This document shows, in pieces, positions 17,423 through 27,571 of a stretch of DNA of 64,000 bases. Within the stretch, counting starts at the first letter, position 1; every line of letters starts with the position of its first letter. Below the pieces are notes generated by a model that saw only the letters and a program-made list of their open reading frames with translations, was not told the origin of the DNA and did no database searches. Made by a program: the position numbers and the translations under genes. The stretch comes from an uncultured Alphaproteobacteria bacterium (lineage in GTDB: Bacteria > Pseudomonadota > Alphaproteobacteria > Rs-D84). The stretch lies in the NCBI GenBank assembly GCA_963931495.1, contig OZ007020.1, positions 363,338 through 427,337 of the forward strand, read 5' to 3'.

Positions 17423-18298
17423 TCAACTGCCGGTGGTATCACTGCCGGTGAATTTATTTGGTATAACATAGCATTCTGTTATAGAAACAGTGCCAGGGGT
17501 TGCAGAACCGCCAACACCGATAGAGCCGTCGTTTATTTCGCCCGGGCCGGCGGTCGTTTGGGTACCAGATGAATGCGATGGGCATGGGGTGCAATATGAT
17601 ACTATGCTGCCGGCGAAATTTGCATTAGGTACCCCGTAAAATCCCTTGGGGCATCGCGTTTGTTTATTCATGTACGTCATGCATCTGTTGCCACTGCATG
17701 CTTTCTTTGTGCGGACCTGGACCGCGTTTGAACCACTGTATGCCATTTCCCATGCTGTTGGAACGCATGTTGATTCATCGCATGTGCCACCAGTGGTGCC
17801 ACCACCACCAGTATTGCTGGCCAAAGAATCACTCATACATTTATAATAGGTTACATTACTGCATCCCAAAATAGTGTGTTTTACGCGTGTGTATCCAGAT
17901 TTACATCCGCTGGCGGATTTAATATAGTATTGAATACCATCTGCATCAAAACATATGTTTGTGGTACCTGTGGCCCCAGGATCGCCCATCACAGATGCCG
18001 TTGAACCAAAGTCTATGAATTCCGTGCGTTCATATATATTGGTGCATCCCGCAGACAGGCATTGAGCATATCCACCGCCGCCGCCACCACCACCACCGGA
18101 ATCGCCACAGCGACGACAACATGCGGTGTTTACAATGTCAAGGCATGTCATGCATCCACTGATGCATTCGGATACGTTATCCCAATCTAAGTATGATTCA
18201 GGAATGTTGGCACTGAATGCAGGCGTATTGAAACACAGGCAACATAACACAGAAAACACCCCGCCATGCCAAATGGCGGCATTTGATTTTATATACAT
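17423..18298 (-). CDS. Secreted cysteine-rich protein with ephrin-receptor/TNFR-like repeats and a poly-Gly tract
   Basis: Signal peptide MYIKSNAAIWHGGVFSVLCCLCFNTPAFSA. GGGGGGGGGG run. Motifs CTPCPSHSSGT, CPKGFYG and CKSGYTRV. The start is taken at an internal Met; the ORF track gives 18343. Confidence 0.5.
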   Translation of the reverse strand: MYIKSNAAIWHGGVFSVLCCLCFNTPAFSANIPESYLDWDNVSECISGCMTCLDIVNTACCRRCGDSGGGGGGGGGYAQCLSAGCTNIYERTEFIDFGSTASVMGDPGATGTTNICFDADGIQYYIKSASGCKSGYTRVKHTILGCSNVTYYKCMSDSLASNTGGGGTTGGTCDESTCVPTAWEMAYSGSNAVQVRTKKACSGNRCMTYMNKQTRCPKGFYGVPNANFAGSIVSYCTPCPSHSSGTQTTAGPGEINDGSIGVGGSATPGTVSITECYVIPNKFTGSDTTGS

Positions 18299-18396
18299 AT
18301 TTTTGTCTCCCACTTTTGTTGTTGTGAATGCCGAATTTGTCATTCACAACATTTGCATTTATTATATAAAATTTTGCATGTGGGTTCAATCGCAAA

Positions 18397-18972
18397 TTAA
18401 AACAGGGATATTAATCCAATACCCAGGCCGGCCGCAATTATCGCCCCAATCGTTATCGGCCAGAAATATTTTTTTACAATCGCGTTTGCGCGTTCTTGGA
18501 AAAAATACAACAGTGTTGCAATTATCGCAAAGCGACCAGTGCGGAATATCGCAGATACACCGACAAATATCCACAATGGATATCCAATGAACCCCAACCA
18601 TATCGCCAACAGTTTGTATGGTATCGGGGTTACCGCGGTTAAAACAATAATCAGTATGCCGTATTTGCTGAACATCGGTTTGATGGCCGTGTCAATTAAT
18701 TCTGGATTAGTAAATGTGTTTATTATCCACATGCCAAGTGAATCCCATAACCATGCACCAATCAGATATGCAATTATGCCACCAACAATTGAACCCAGTG
18801 CCGCGGCAATTGTTATCGGTAACGCGCGTTTCTTGTTCGCGATGATTGGCGGGGTCATAAATACTTCGGGTGGAATAAATAAAAATATTGATTCGCAGAT
18901 TGTCAAGAAAAATACAATCCATGAATATGCGCGGCTTTCTGATTTGCTTAATATATATTCTGCGAATTTCAT
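18397..18972 (-). CDS. DedA/YqaA (VTT-domain) family inner-membrane protein
   Basis: Polytopic membrane protein with an ...FLTICESIFLFIPPEVF... motif characteristic of the VTT/SNARE-associated domain. Confidence 0.45.
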   Translation of the reverse strand: MKFAEYILSKSESRAYSWIVFFLTICESIFLFIPPEVFMTPPIIANKKRALPITIAAALGSIVGGIIAYLIGAWLWDSLGMWIINTFTNPELIDTAIKPMFSKYGILIIVLTAVTPIPYKLLAIWLGFIGYPLWIFVGVSAIFRTGRFAIIATLLYFFQERANAIVKKYFWPITIGAIIAAGLGIGLISLF

Positions 18973-19068
18973 TTATCTCTCGGTTCCCATGGTTGATTCA
19001 AAAAAATTTACTTGATTGTAAATTAATATTTTATACTTTACAATACATTATATATGGTGAATGCAAAT

Positions 19069-19425
19069 ATGATGAAAAAACAAAATAATTCCAATCGTGC
19101 AGAACGTGTGGCCAGTAAAGTTCAAACACTGGTCGCAGAAATATTGCGCAGTCAGTTTGGCGATGATGAATTGCTGGGCGGGGTGTCGCTGGTCGGCGCC
19201 GTGGCACATGGCGGATTACAATTCGTGCGATTGTTCTTTTATTCCCATAATAAAAATATTGCCGATGTTCAACGACGATTGGACCAAGAAACAAAAACGA
19301 TTCGTTATGAACTGGCCGCGCGAATGAATCAAAAATATGTGCCAGAAATCCGTTTTGAATATGACGATACGCTGGAACGGGCCGCGCGAATTGATGAAAT
19401 TTTTGCCAAATTAAACGAAAAATAG
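19069..19425 (+). CDS. rbfA: Ribosome-binding factor A
   Basis: RAERVASKVQTLVAEILR...ELLGGVSLVGAVAHGGLQFVRLFFYS...VPEIRFEYDDTLERAARIDEI matches the RbfA pattern (RaxRVaxxi...L...vtit.V.vS.DL..A.Vy...vPeL.F..D.sl). Confidence 0.6.
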   Translation: MMKKQNNSNRAERVASKVQTLVAEILRSQFGDDELLGGVSLVGAVAHGGLQFVRLFFYSHNKNIADVQRRLDQETKTIRYELAARMNQKYVPEIRFEYDDTLERAARIDEIFAKLNEK

Positions 19426-19493
19426 TTTTATGAAAATTTGGTTGCAAGTTCGTATATACTGGTGTATTATTGCCGCATAACGCGCGGTATAGT

Positions 19494-21290
19494 ATGAATC
19501 AAAAGTATATCAGAAATTTTGCAATCGTTGCACATATTGACCATGGTAAGTCAACGCTGTCTGACCGGTTGATTGAATATACCGGCGGATTGCAATCGCG
19601 CGAAATGAAGGCCCAGGTACTGGATTCTATGGACATTGAACGTGAACGTGGAATAACAATCAAGGCGCAAACAGTGCGATTAAATTATACGGCCAAGGAT
19701 GGACAGGTTTATCAATTAAATCTGATGGATACCCCCGGACATGTTGACTTTTCATATGAAGTATCACGCAGTTTGGCCGCATGTGAAGGCGCATTGATTT
19801 TGGTTGATGCAACCCAGGGGGTCCAGGCGCAAACACTGGCAAATGCATATTTGGCGTTGGATAACGATTTGGAAATGTTGCCGGTTCTGAACAAGATTGA
19901 CTTGCCGTCCAGTGATGTTGATGCCGCACGCCAGCAGATTGCCGATGCGATTGGATTGGACGCGTCAAATGCGATTTGTGTGTCGGGAAAGACAGGTGCC
20001 GGCGTTCCAGAATTGTTGGAAGAAATTGTTCATAAATTGCCCGCCCCAGACGGTGATGAAAATGCCCCGGCGCGCGCGCTGTTGGTGGATTCGTGGTATG
20101 ATTCTTATCTGGGGGTTGTGATTCTGGTGCGGGTTGTTGATGGGCAATTGGCGCGTGGTCAGAAAATTCGCTTTATGGCAACAGGTGCAGAATATGTGAT
20201 TGAAAAAATCGGATGTTTTACACCAAAAATGATTGATACAGATGCGTTGCTGACCGGTGAAATCGGATTTATTATCACAGGAATGAAAACAATCCATGAT
20301 TGCAAGGTCGGCGATACAATTATTGATGCGCGTGCGGGTGCGGCGTGCGAACCGTTGCCGGGTTTCAAGCCGTCTGTGCCGGTTGTTTTTTCGTCGTTTT
20401 TCCCAGTATCGGCGGATGATTATCCGAATTTGCGCGATGGCGCAGAAAAATTGGCGTTGAATGACGCGTCGTTCGTGTTTACAACAGAAAAGTCATCTGC
20501 ACTGGGGTTTGGATTGCGGTGTGGGTTCTTGGGGTTGTTGCATATGGAAATTATCAGTGAACGTTTGCGCCGTGAATTTGGATTGAACTTGATTAATACG
20601 GTGCCAAGCGTGTTGTATAAAATTCATATGCGTGATGGCAGTATCGTTGATCTGGAAAATCCCGCAGATATGCCAGATGTTACAAAAATTGAATCTGTTG
20701 ATGAACCGTGGGTGCGGGCAACAATTATGATGCCTGATAAGTATATGGGCGGAATTATGTCACTGTGTTCCGAACGGCGCGGGGTGCAAGAAAATATCTC
20801 TTATGTTGGTAATCGCGCCGTGTTGGTATACCAGTTGCCATTGGCGGAAATTGTGTTTGATTTTTATGACAGGGTAAAATCTATATCGTCGGGCTATGCA
20901 TCGTTTGACTATGTCGTTCAGGGATATCAGCCGTCTGATTTGGTCAAAGTGTCCATATTGGTTAATGAAGAAAATGTAGAACCACTGTCTTTTATGTGTC
21001 ATCGCAGCGCCGCAGAAAAACGGGGGCGCCAAATTGTTGAAAAATTAAAAGATTTAATCCCAAGACATCAATTCAAAATTCCGTTACAGGCCGCAATCGG
21101 TGGTAAAATTATCGCACGTGAAACAATTGCGGCATATCGCAAGGATGTAACAGCAAAATGCTATGGCGGGGATATTACGCGCAAGCGCAAATTGCTGGAA
21201 AAGCAAAAGGAGGGAAAAAAACGTATGCGGACATTCGGTAATGTGGAAATACCCCAGTCTGCATTCATAAACGCATTGAAAGTAAACTGA
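19494..21290 (+). CDS. lepA: Elongation factor 4 (LepA)
   Basis: [30 protein letters not shown]-domain motifs. Highly conserved LepA C-terminus ...[21 protein letters not shown]. Confidence 0.9.
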   Translation: MNQKYIRNFAIVAHIDHGKSTLSDRLIEYTGGLQSREMKAQVLDSMDIERERGITIKAQTVRLNYTAKDGQVYQLNLMDTPGHVDFSYEVSRSLAACEGALILVDATQGVQAQTLANAYLALDNDLEMLPVLNKIDLPSSDVDAARQQIADAIGLDASNAICVSGKTGAGVPELLEEIVHKLPAPDGDENAPARALLVDSWYDSYLGVVILVRVVDGQLARGQKIRFMATGAEYVIEKIGCFTPKMIDTDALLTGEIGFIITGMKTIHDCKVGDTIIDARAGAACEPLPGFKPSVPVVFSSFFPVSADDYPNLRDGAEKLALNDASFVFTTEKSSALGFGLRCGFLGLLHMEIISERLRREFGLNLINTVPSVLYKIHMRDGSIVDLENPADMPDVTKIESVDEPWVRATIMMPDKYMGGIMSLCSERRGVQENISYVGNRAVLVYQLPLAEIVFDFYDRVKSISSGYASFDYVVQGYQPSDLVKVSILVNEENVEPLSFMCHRSAAEKRGRQIVEKLKDLIPRHQFKIPLQAAIGGKIIARETIAAYRKDVTAKCYGGDITRKRKLLEKQKEGKKRMRTFGNVEIPQSAFINALKVN

Positions 21291-21307
21291 TATAAAGGAA
21301 CTGGGCC

Positions 21308-21724
21308 ATGTCTGTGTGGACGTATATACTTAAAACACCAATAAAAGTAATTCGGGCGGATTTCGCAGAATATAGAAAACTGAATCAAGACATTGCGCGT
21401 GTGGGACGTAATATGCAGAATGCACGTGTTAATATGATTGTGCGTATGGGGAAAAAATGGTGCGTGGTTCCATCGGCACGTGCGTATGCGGGCTGTGTGC
21501 AAAAATCTTGGACCCCAGAGTTAGATATTCAAATGGGAATTAATGTATTGCGTGAATATGAATGTGAATGTCCGTTGTTCGTTCCAAACTGGTGGCCGTG
21601 TAATCAAGTAAACTGTCTGTATCACCAGTTTAACAACAAGTATTTTGAAAATAAAAATATTTATGAAGTTCTGAAACGTAATAAGTCTGGGTTTTGGAAA
21701 GAAAAGTTTAACAAGGTACGATAA
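21308..21724 (+). CDS. Small Cys-containing protein, family member S1 (138 aa)
   Basis: N-terminus WTYILKTPIKVIRADFAEYRKL, paired Cys residues, C-terminus FWKEKFNKVR. Paralogous to 21742..22023 and 22358..22747. Confidence 0.4.
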   Translation: MSVWTYILKTPIKVIRADFAEYRKLNQDIARVGRNMQNARVNMIVRMGKKWCVVPSARAYAGCVQKSWTPELDIQMGINVLREYECECPLFVPNWWPCNQVNCLYHQFNNKYFENKNIYEVLKRNKSGFWKEKFNKVR

Positions 21725-21741
21725 ATGGTGGGGTTGTTGTT

Positions 21742-22023
21742 ATGTCTGGGTGGAAATATTTAATTAAAACTTCGCGGAAAACGTTAAAATCAGATATCAC
21801 AGAATATAAAAAACTGTGTGAACGTCTTGTGGATGCCAGGCGACAATATAATTTATCACGTGCATCCTTTACAGATGTTGGATGTACGCGTTATCCATGC
21901 AAAGACATATATTGCAAATATTATGAAGTTAACCGAAATTATGGCGAAACGTTGCATATGATGCATATGTTGGAAAAACAGCGCAAGATTTACTGGGTGC
22001 AAAAGTTTGCAAACTGTCGGTAA
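21742..22023 (+). CDS. Small Cys-containing protein, family member S2 (93 aa)
   Basis: WKYLIKTSRKTLKSDITEYKKL ... CKYYEVNRNY ... IYWVQKFANCR. Confidence 0.4.
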   Translation: MSGWKYLIKTSRKTLKSDITEYKKLCERLVDARRQYNLSRASFTDVGCTRYPCKDIYCKYYEVNRNYGETLHMMHMLEKQRKIYWVQKFANCR

Positions 22024-22034
22024 AAAAAAACAAG

Positions 22035-22340
22035 GTGAATGTTATGAATAAATTTAACGTTGTAAAAAAAACTGTTTCTGATTGTTTTAATATACGGCCG
22101 GGTGTAATCAATAAAACAACTCATCTGGAAAATGATTTAGAATTGGACAGTCTGGACAGAATTATATTACAGGCGAAAATAGAATCAAAATGTAAAAATT
22201 TTTATCCAAATGTTAAAAACTGGGTGGAAAATGTTCAAACGGTCGGTGATATCGCAGATTATGTTGATATGTGCAATCATGTGAATTGTAAAAAATTCGG
22301 ACTTATTGGGCTTATCGGCCGTTTCGGAAAATCAATGTAA
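22035..22340 (+). CDS. Acyl-carrier-protein-like small protein; a second, divergent carrier protein
   Basis: VVKKTVSDCFNIRPGVINKTTHLENDLELDSLDRIILQAKIESKC...VENVQTVGDIADYVD aligns with the ACP pattern (..[22 protein letters not shown]....ITTVQDAIDYI). The phosphopantetheine Ser lies in LDSLD. Confidence 0.4.
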   Translation: MNVMNKFNVVKKTVSDCFNIRPGVINKTTHLENDLELDSLDRIILQAKIESKCKNFYPNVKNWVENVQTVGDIADYVDMCNHVNCKKFGLIGLIGRFGKSM

Positions 22341-22357
22341 ACAAGGGAAATAAAAAT

Positions 22358-22747
22358 ATGAAAATAATTCAATATATGTTAACAACACCAATAAAACAAC
22401 AACGTGCGGACCTTGCGGAATGGCGTATATTACAATACAAATGCGCGTCACTGCATTTGGATAAATTTTGCGCATATGATTCGCTGATTCGGTTTGTTAA
22501 CGAAAATCAAAATCCGCATGATATACGGGCGTGTGTAAAGCGGCCTGAAAATTGGCAACAGTTCATGTCCGTCCCAGACGATTCGTTTTGTAAAAAATTT
22601 AATCCAAATAATATGATGGGGGCGTGCGATGAACAAAATTGTCCTTTCTATCAGCGCAATAATGCATTCTTTAATATTTTGAAACGGTATGAAAGCGCGA
22701 TTACAGCACGGCGTGATTTTTGGGATAATAAAATGAATCAGCGTTAG
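22358..22747 (+). CDS. Small Cys-containing protein, family member S3 (129 aa)
   Basis: IIQYMLTTPIKQQRADLAEWRIL ... CPFYQRNNAFFNILKRYE ... FWDNKMNQR. Confidence 0.4.
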   Translation: MKIIQYMLTTPIKQQRADLAEWRILQYKCASLHLDKFCAYDSLIRFVNENQNPHDIRACVKRPENWQQFMSVPDDSFCKKFNPNNMMGACDEQNCPFYQRNNAFFNILKRYESAITARRDFWDNKMNQR

Positions 22748-22770
22748 TCTTTCTGGACGGGGGGAATATC

Positions 22771-23769
22771 ATGGCACATCAATTCTTTTTTAATCCGTTT
22801 ATATTGGATAACTTGCCGACACCAAGTGCGGGATTTGATGTGGTCCAGGATATATCTGAACCGCGTCTGCGTATGTATATCACCAGTCGCGGGATAAAAA
22901 CATTCTTTGTGCGTAAACGTGTACATGGGCGGGACAAGCGTATAATAATTGGAAATTATCCGGATATTGATGTTGAAACAGCACGTGGAATGGTGCCATC
23001 TGTGTTGGCGCGCGCAATGGAAAAACCACGCCGTCGCAATAAAAAAATTACAATGCGCAAATTTCTGGATATATATTTGACGAACCGAATTCGCAGAAAC
23101 AGTTATTCGCGCGAAAAATTGGAACGCGCAATAAGACGGCATCTGTCACCACTGTTTGATATGCCATTGAATGAAATTTCAGATGCTGATATTGCCAATG
23201 TTATCATATGTATCCATGGCCCGGCCATCGCAGCCCGTATGCAGGATTTGTTACAAAGTGTTTACAAGTATGCAATTGATAATGGGTATGCCAATGAAAA
23301 TCCAGTTGCGAAATTACAGAAAATAAAGCCTGTGCGTCGTGTGCGGCCGTTGAATATGGCGGGGTTCCATCGGCTGGTGGGGGCAATAAAACGCGAACCT
23401 GTCCAGAATTTGCGCGCGGCGTTTTTAATGCTGGTGTACGGTTTCGCACCGAAATCACGTGTCTTTGCAATGCAATGGCGTGACCTGGATTTTAACCTTT
23501 ATATGTGGAATGATTGGCCACTGTCTGATGCCGCGGTTGTTTTGTTACAGGATTTGCCGCAAAATGGCCGTTGGGTATTTCCTGGACGGGGACGGGGGCA
23601 TTTGACAGATCCGCGTGTCGCATGGCAGCGGATTGTGACCAAGGCCGGTATCCCAAATGTGACAATGGACGATGTGCATAAATTCTTGATGCGACAATTG
23701 GTCTGGGCCCCAGACAAGGAAGATATTCGTGCAAATATGAATGATGTTTTGGTAAATGCGCTTGGTTGA
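22771..23769 (+). CDS. P4-type (tyrosine recombinase family) integrase homolog, short and probably catalytically degenerate
   Basis: N-terminal arm-binding signature LRMYITSRGIKTFFVRKRVHGRDKRIIIGNYPDIDVETARGM (compare L.L.V.PSG.K.W..RYR..GK....LG.YP..SLA.AR). The C-terminal region lacks an obvious HxLRHT...Y catalytic box. At 332 aa it is shorter than the typical ~400 aa. Confidence 0.5.
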   Translation: MAHQFFFNPFILDNLPTPSAGFDVVQDISEPRLRMYITSRGIKTFFVRKRVHGRDKRIIIGNYPDIDVETARGMVPSVLARAMEKPRRRNKKITMRKFLDIYLTNRIRRNSYSREKLERAIRRHLSPLFDMPLNEISDADIANVIICIHGPAIAARMQDLLQSVYKYAIDNGYANENPVAKLQKIKPVRRVRPLNMAGFHRLVGAIKREPVQNLRAAFLMLVYGFAPKSRVFAMQWRDLDFNLYMWNDWPLSDAAVVLLQDLPQNGRWVFPGRGRGHLTDPRVAWQRIVTKAGIPNVTMDDVHKFLMRQLVWAPDKEDIRANMNDVLVNALG

Positions 23770-23905
23770 TACATATATTTTTGCATTTGTCAAGTGTTTG
23801 TTATCGTTTGTTATAATTTCTTGACACTGTTTGCATAAAATGATAGTTTTAAGTAATGACGCCCGTGTTCGGGCCAAAAATTTAACAAGAATAAAGGATA
23901 AAAAT

Positions 23906-24139
23906 ATGACAACTTTTGAACGTGTAAAAAAAATTGTGTCTGAAAAATTGAGTATACCAGAAGCGCGAATTGAAGAAAATTCGTCTTTTGTAAATGATTT
24001 GGGCGCAGATTCTTTGGACGTCGTGGAATTTGTTATGGCCGTGGAACAGGAATTTGGTATTGAAATTCCAGATGATGCCGCAGCAAAATTAACAACTGTG
24101 GGCGAAGCGGTTAAGTATATTGATGCACATAAAAAATAA
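23906..24139 (+). CDS. acpP: Acyl carrier protein
   Basis: [75 protein letters not shown] is a canonical AcpP. The ORF track began it at 23831; the true ATG is at 23906. Confidence 0.9.
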   Translation: MTTFERVKKIVSEKLSIPEARIEENSSFVNDLGADSLDVVEFVMAVEQEFGIEIPDDAAAKLTTVGEAVKYIDAHKK

Positions 24140-24171
24140 TAGTTTGGGGTTTGTGTATCAAGAATAGTAAA

Positions 24172-24206
24172 GTCCGTCGCGATATTTTTTGCGTGACGGA
24201 TTTTTT
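24172..24206 (+). terminator. Rho-independent terminator or attenuator after acpP
   Basis: gtccgtcgcgatattttttgcgtgacggattttttt. Confidence 0.45.
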
Positions 24207-24276
24207 TCTGTACGTTGATTGTTAAACGTTATATTATAATTGCATCGTACAGGTTTTATTACAAAGGATATGTGGT

Positions 24277-25530
24277 ATGAAAAGAGTTGTTATTACCGGC
24301 ATGGGAATTGTATCACCGGTTGGAACAGGCGTTGAATATGCATGGAAAAATATTGTTAATGGTGTGTCTGGGGTGCGGAAAATTGATACATTTGATGCAT
24401 CTGATTTGGCATCGCAAATTGCGGGATTACCGGTTGTGGGGACTGAACCAGGGCAATATAATCCAGATGCGGTTGTTGATGCGCGCGAACAGCGTAAAAT
24501 GGATAAATGTATTATATACGGCGTTGTTGCCGCAGATGAAGCAATCAAAGATGCCGGATTGGCCGAATACGATGGGGACAAAACCAGAATGGGCGTTTCA
24601 ATTGGTGCGGGCATTGGTGGATTGAATACGATTTATGATAACTGTGTTGAATTGTATGCAAATGGTCCACGACACATCAGTCCGTTCTTTATCCCAAAGG
24701 TTATTATTAATATGACCGCGGGACATGTTTCTATTAAATATGGGCTGAAAGGACCGAATCTGTCTGTTGTTACAGCATGCGCGTCGGCGGCGCATTCAAT
24801 TGGCGAAGCCGTGCGGTTAATCCAGCATGGTGATGCAGATGTTATGGTTGCTGGTGGTGCCGAAGGTGCGGTTGGTAAAATTGGCGTCGCAGGATTCTGT
24901 GCAATGAAGGCGTTGTCAACGCGTAATGATGAACCAGAAAAAGCATCGCGCCCATGGGATAAAGGTCGTGATGGATTTATCATTGCCGAAGGTGCCGGTA
25001 TTTTGGTTCTGGAAGAATACGAACATGCGATTAAGCGTGGCGCAAAAATTTATGCCGAAGTTGCTGGGTACGGTTTATCCGGTGACGCATATCATATTAC
25101 GGCACCGGCCCCAGGGGGCGAAGGTGGGCTGCGTGCAATGCAGGCGGCATTAAAAGATGCCGGAATGCAACCGGGCGACGTTGATTATATCAATGCACAT
25201 GGAACATCAACAGGTTTGGGTGACATGGGTGAATTGGCCGCGGTAAAGACGTTGTTTGCCGGTGCCGATGTTTCAATGTCTTCAACAAAATCTATGACAG
25301 GTCACTTGTTGGGTGCCGCCGGTGGGATAGAGGCGATATTTTGTGTGATGGCAATTCGTGACGGAATTGTGCCACCAACAATTAATCTGGAAAATCCAGA
25401 AGAAGAGGTTGGTGATTTTGATTTAGTTCCGAATGTTGCCAAAAAACGCACGGTTGATGTTGCGTTAAGCAATTCGTTTGGTTTCGGTGGTACGAATGCC
25501 AGTTTGATTATTAAACGATTTGAAAAATAA
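24277..25530 (+). CDS. fabF: 3-oxoacyl-ACP synthase II (KAS II)
   Basis: MKRVVITGMGIVSPVGTG...; active-site context ACASAAHSIG; ...HGTSTGLGD...GHLLGAAG; C-terminus NSFGFGGTNASLIIKRF. Confidence 0.9.
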   Translation: MKRVVITGMGIVSPVGTGVEYAWKNIVNGVSGVRKIDTFDASDLASQIAGLPVVGTEPGQYNPDAVVDAREQRKMDKCIIYGVVAADEAIKDAGLAEYDGDKTRMGVSIGAGIGGLNTIYDNCVELYANGPRHISPFFIPKVIINMTAGHVSIKYGLKGPNLSVVTACASAAHSIGEAVRLIQHGDADVMVAGGAEGAVGKIGVAGFCAMKALSTRNDEPEKASRPWDKGRDGFIIAEGAGILVLEEYEHAIKRGAKIYAEVAGYGLSGDAYHITAPAPGGEGGLRAMQAALKDAGMQPGDVDYINAHGTSTGLGDMGELAAVKTLFAGADVSMSSTKSMTGHLLGAAGGIEAIFCVMAIRDGIVPPTINLENPEEEVGDFDLVPNVAKKRTVDVALSNSFGFGGTNASLIIKRFEK

Positions 25531-25556
25531 AAAATGCCCCGAATGGGGCATTTCTT
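25530..25556 (+). terminator. Terminator hairpin after fabF, with a weak T-run
   Basis: aaaatgccccgaatggggcatttcttat. Confidence 0.4.
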
Positions 25557-25615
25557 ATATCTTGTTTTATTTTTATATACATATTTTGTATGAATAAAAT
25601 CAATTAACGCGATAG

Positions 25616-25650
25616 ATAAAAAAAAAACGGGCAATGCCCGTTTTTTTATT
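25616..25650. terminator. Bidirectional Rho-independent terminator
   Basis: aaaaaaaaacgggcaatgcccgttttttt. Confidence 0.6.
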
Positions 25651-27355
25651 ATTTGTCATCATCTTTGCCGAATCCAATCGTGCTTTTGATTGGTTCAATA
25701 ATTGTGTTTTTGGCACTGTCCAGCGTGCGTATTAATGCACGACGAATTTTGCCACTGATTGTCATCGGCAGACTGTCCACGAATTCAATTACACGTGGAT
25801 ATTTGTATGATGCAGTGCGACTGCGTACATGATCTTGTAATTGACGCACAAGAACATCTGTTCCTTGGAAATATTTATTCAGAACAATTGTCGCCTTGAC
25901 CGCCATGCCACGTGATGGGTCGGGAATTCCAGTAACGGCAACTTCGCGGACGGCGGGATGTTCCAGCAGCACACTTTCAACCTCAAACGGGCTGACGCGA
26001 TATCCAGACGTTTTGATTAAATCATCGTTCCGGCCAACAAACCAATAGTATCCATCGTTGTCGCGGTACGCCACGTCCCCAGTATGATAGAATCCATCAC
26101 GAAATACCTGGTTCGTCAGTTTTTCGTTTTTATGATAACCCTGGAATAATCCCACAGGACGGCCATTTTTTAACGATACGCAGATTTCACCAACTGTACC
26201 ATTCGGAACAGGGCGTCCGCCTTCGTCCAATAACTGAACATCCCAGCCCGCTGCCGGCATGCCCATGCTGCCCGGTTTGGGTTCAATCCATTGATTTGTA
26301 AACAGCATTATGCATGTTTCTGTTTGACCGAAACCTTCGTGTAATTTGATGTCTGTGGCCGATTGAAAGCGTTCAAAAACTTCTGGATTTAACGCTTCGC
26401 CGGCAACGTCAGCCTTGGTCAATGCGGATACATCATAATGTGTGAAATCAGCGTGTATTAACATTTTATATACAGTTGGGGGTGCACAAAATGATGTTAT
26501 GTGGTTGTCTGACATCGCGGACAATAAATCATGTGCGGTCGCGATTCCGGAAAAGTCATATACAAATACGGTCGCGCCCGCCAGCCATTGGCCGTACATT
26601 TTGCCCCATGAACATTTTGCCCATCCTGATTCAGACAATGTAAAATGAATGTCGCCATCATGCAGACGTTGCCAAAACACGGCGGTGTTTATATGCCCCA
26701 GCGGATATACGAAATTATGTGCAACCATTTTGGGTAAATCTGTGGTGCCACTGGTGAAATATATTACCATCGTATCAGTGTTATTATTTGGGACACGTGC
26801 AAATTCAGACGGCATTGTTTCCAGTGCGCCATCAATATCTGGGGTTAATATTAATTTAACATCAGATGTGCCGATTGCCGTCTTGATTTCGTTTATAATG
26901 TGTCCATCGTCGTATGCAAAAATATATTTCGCGTCGGCCTGGCGAATGCGGTATTCAATATCTTCGGCCTTTAACTGATTCGTTGATGGAATTGGTATGA
27001 TTCCAGCCTTGTGCATGGCCAACATTAAAATCCAATATTCCCAGCGACGACGCATGAACAGCAATGCAGTGTCGCCACGGTTCATGCCAAGTGATGTTAA
27101 ATAATTTGCCAGTGCGCCCGACATTAACGATAAATCACGAAATGTAAAACGTTTGATTTCCCCCGAATCGTCGGTCCACAATAATGCCAAATTATTCGGT
27201 GTTTCTGTTGCCAATACATCAATTACATCATATGCAAAATTAAAGTTTTCTGGAACAACAGGGGCGCCATTTTGGATATAGTCTTCGTAACTGTCAAATT
27301 TATCTTTTTTCAGGAATTTTGATGCAAACATATTCTGGTTACCTTTTTTGTTCAT
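25649..27355 (-). CDS. AMP-dependent acyl-CoA synthetase (medium-chain fatty-acid--CoA ligase family)
   Basis: AMP-binding motifs IYFTSGTTDLPKMVAH, HEGFGQTET, FYHTGDVAYRDNDGYYWFVGRNDDLIKTSGYRVSPFEVE. Confidence 0.7.
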   Translation of the reverse strand: MNKKGNQNMFASKFLKKDKFDSYEDYIQNGAPVVPENFNFAYDVIDVLATETPNNLALLWTDDSGEIKRFTFRDLSLMSGALANYLTSLGMNRGDTALLFMRRRWEYWILMLAMHKAGIIPIPSTNQLKAEDIEYRIRQADAKYIFAYDDGHIINEIKTAIGTSDVKLILTPDIDGALETMPSEFARVPNNNTDTMVIYFTSGTTDLPKMVAHNFVYPLGHINTAVFWQRLHDGDIHFTLSESGWAKCSWGKMYGQWLAGATVFVYDFSGIATAHDLLSAMSDNHITSFCAPPTVYKMLIHADFTHYDVSALTKADVAGEALNPEVFERFQSATDIKLHEGFGQTETCIMLFTNQWIEPKPGSMGMPAAGWDVQLLDEGGRPVPNGTVGEICVSLKNGRPVGLFQGYHKNEKLTNQVFRDGFYHTGDVAYRDNDGYYWFVGRNDDLIKTSGYRVSPFEVESVLLEHPAVREVAVTGIPDPSRGMAVKATIVLNKYFQGTDVLVRQLQDHVRSRTASYKYPRVIEFVDSLPMTISGKIRRALIRTLDSAKNTIIEPIKSTIGFGKDDDK

Positions 27356-27436
27356 ACATTAATAAATTATAAATAGCCGTATGCAAGTATTGCAGATTAT
27401 TTTCACAAGTAAAACAAAAATAATGAATAAAAAAAG

Positions 27437-27465
27437 TTGATTTTTTATTCCCATGGGTGCATAAT
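27437..27465 (+). promoter_or_regulatory. Candidate sigma70 promoter for tRNA-Pro (TTGATT-17-CATAAT)
   Basis: ttgatt ttttattcccatgggtg cataat. The -10 ends 21 nt before the tRNA 5' end. Confidence 0.35.
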
Positions 27466-27486
27466 CGGCCTGGTTGTTTGGTGTTG

Positions 27487-27563
<77 letters not shown>

Positions 27564-27571
27564 TAAGTTTT

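Larger units (their letters stand above)
21300..23790 (+). mobile_element. Probable remnant of an integrated element (small paralog genes, ACP-like gene and a degenerate integrase) inserted between lepA and acpP-fabF
   Basis: An integrase homolog plus a block of lineage-specific small genes. No flanking tRNA or direct repeats were identified, so the boundaries are approximate. Confidence 0.25.
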
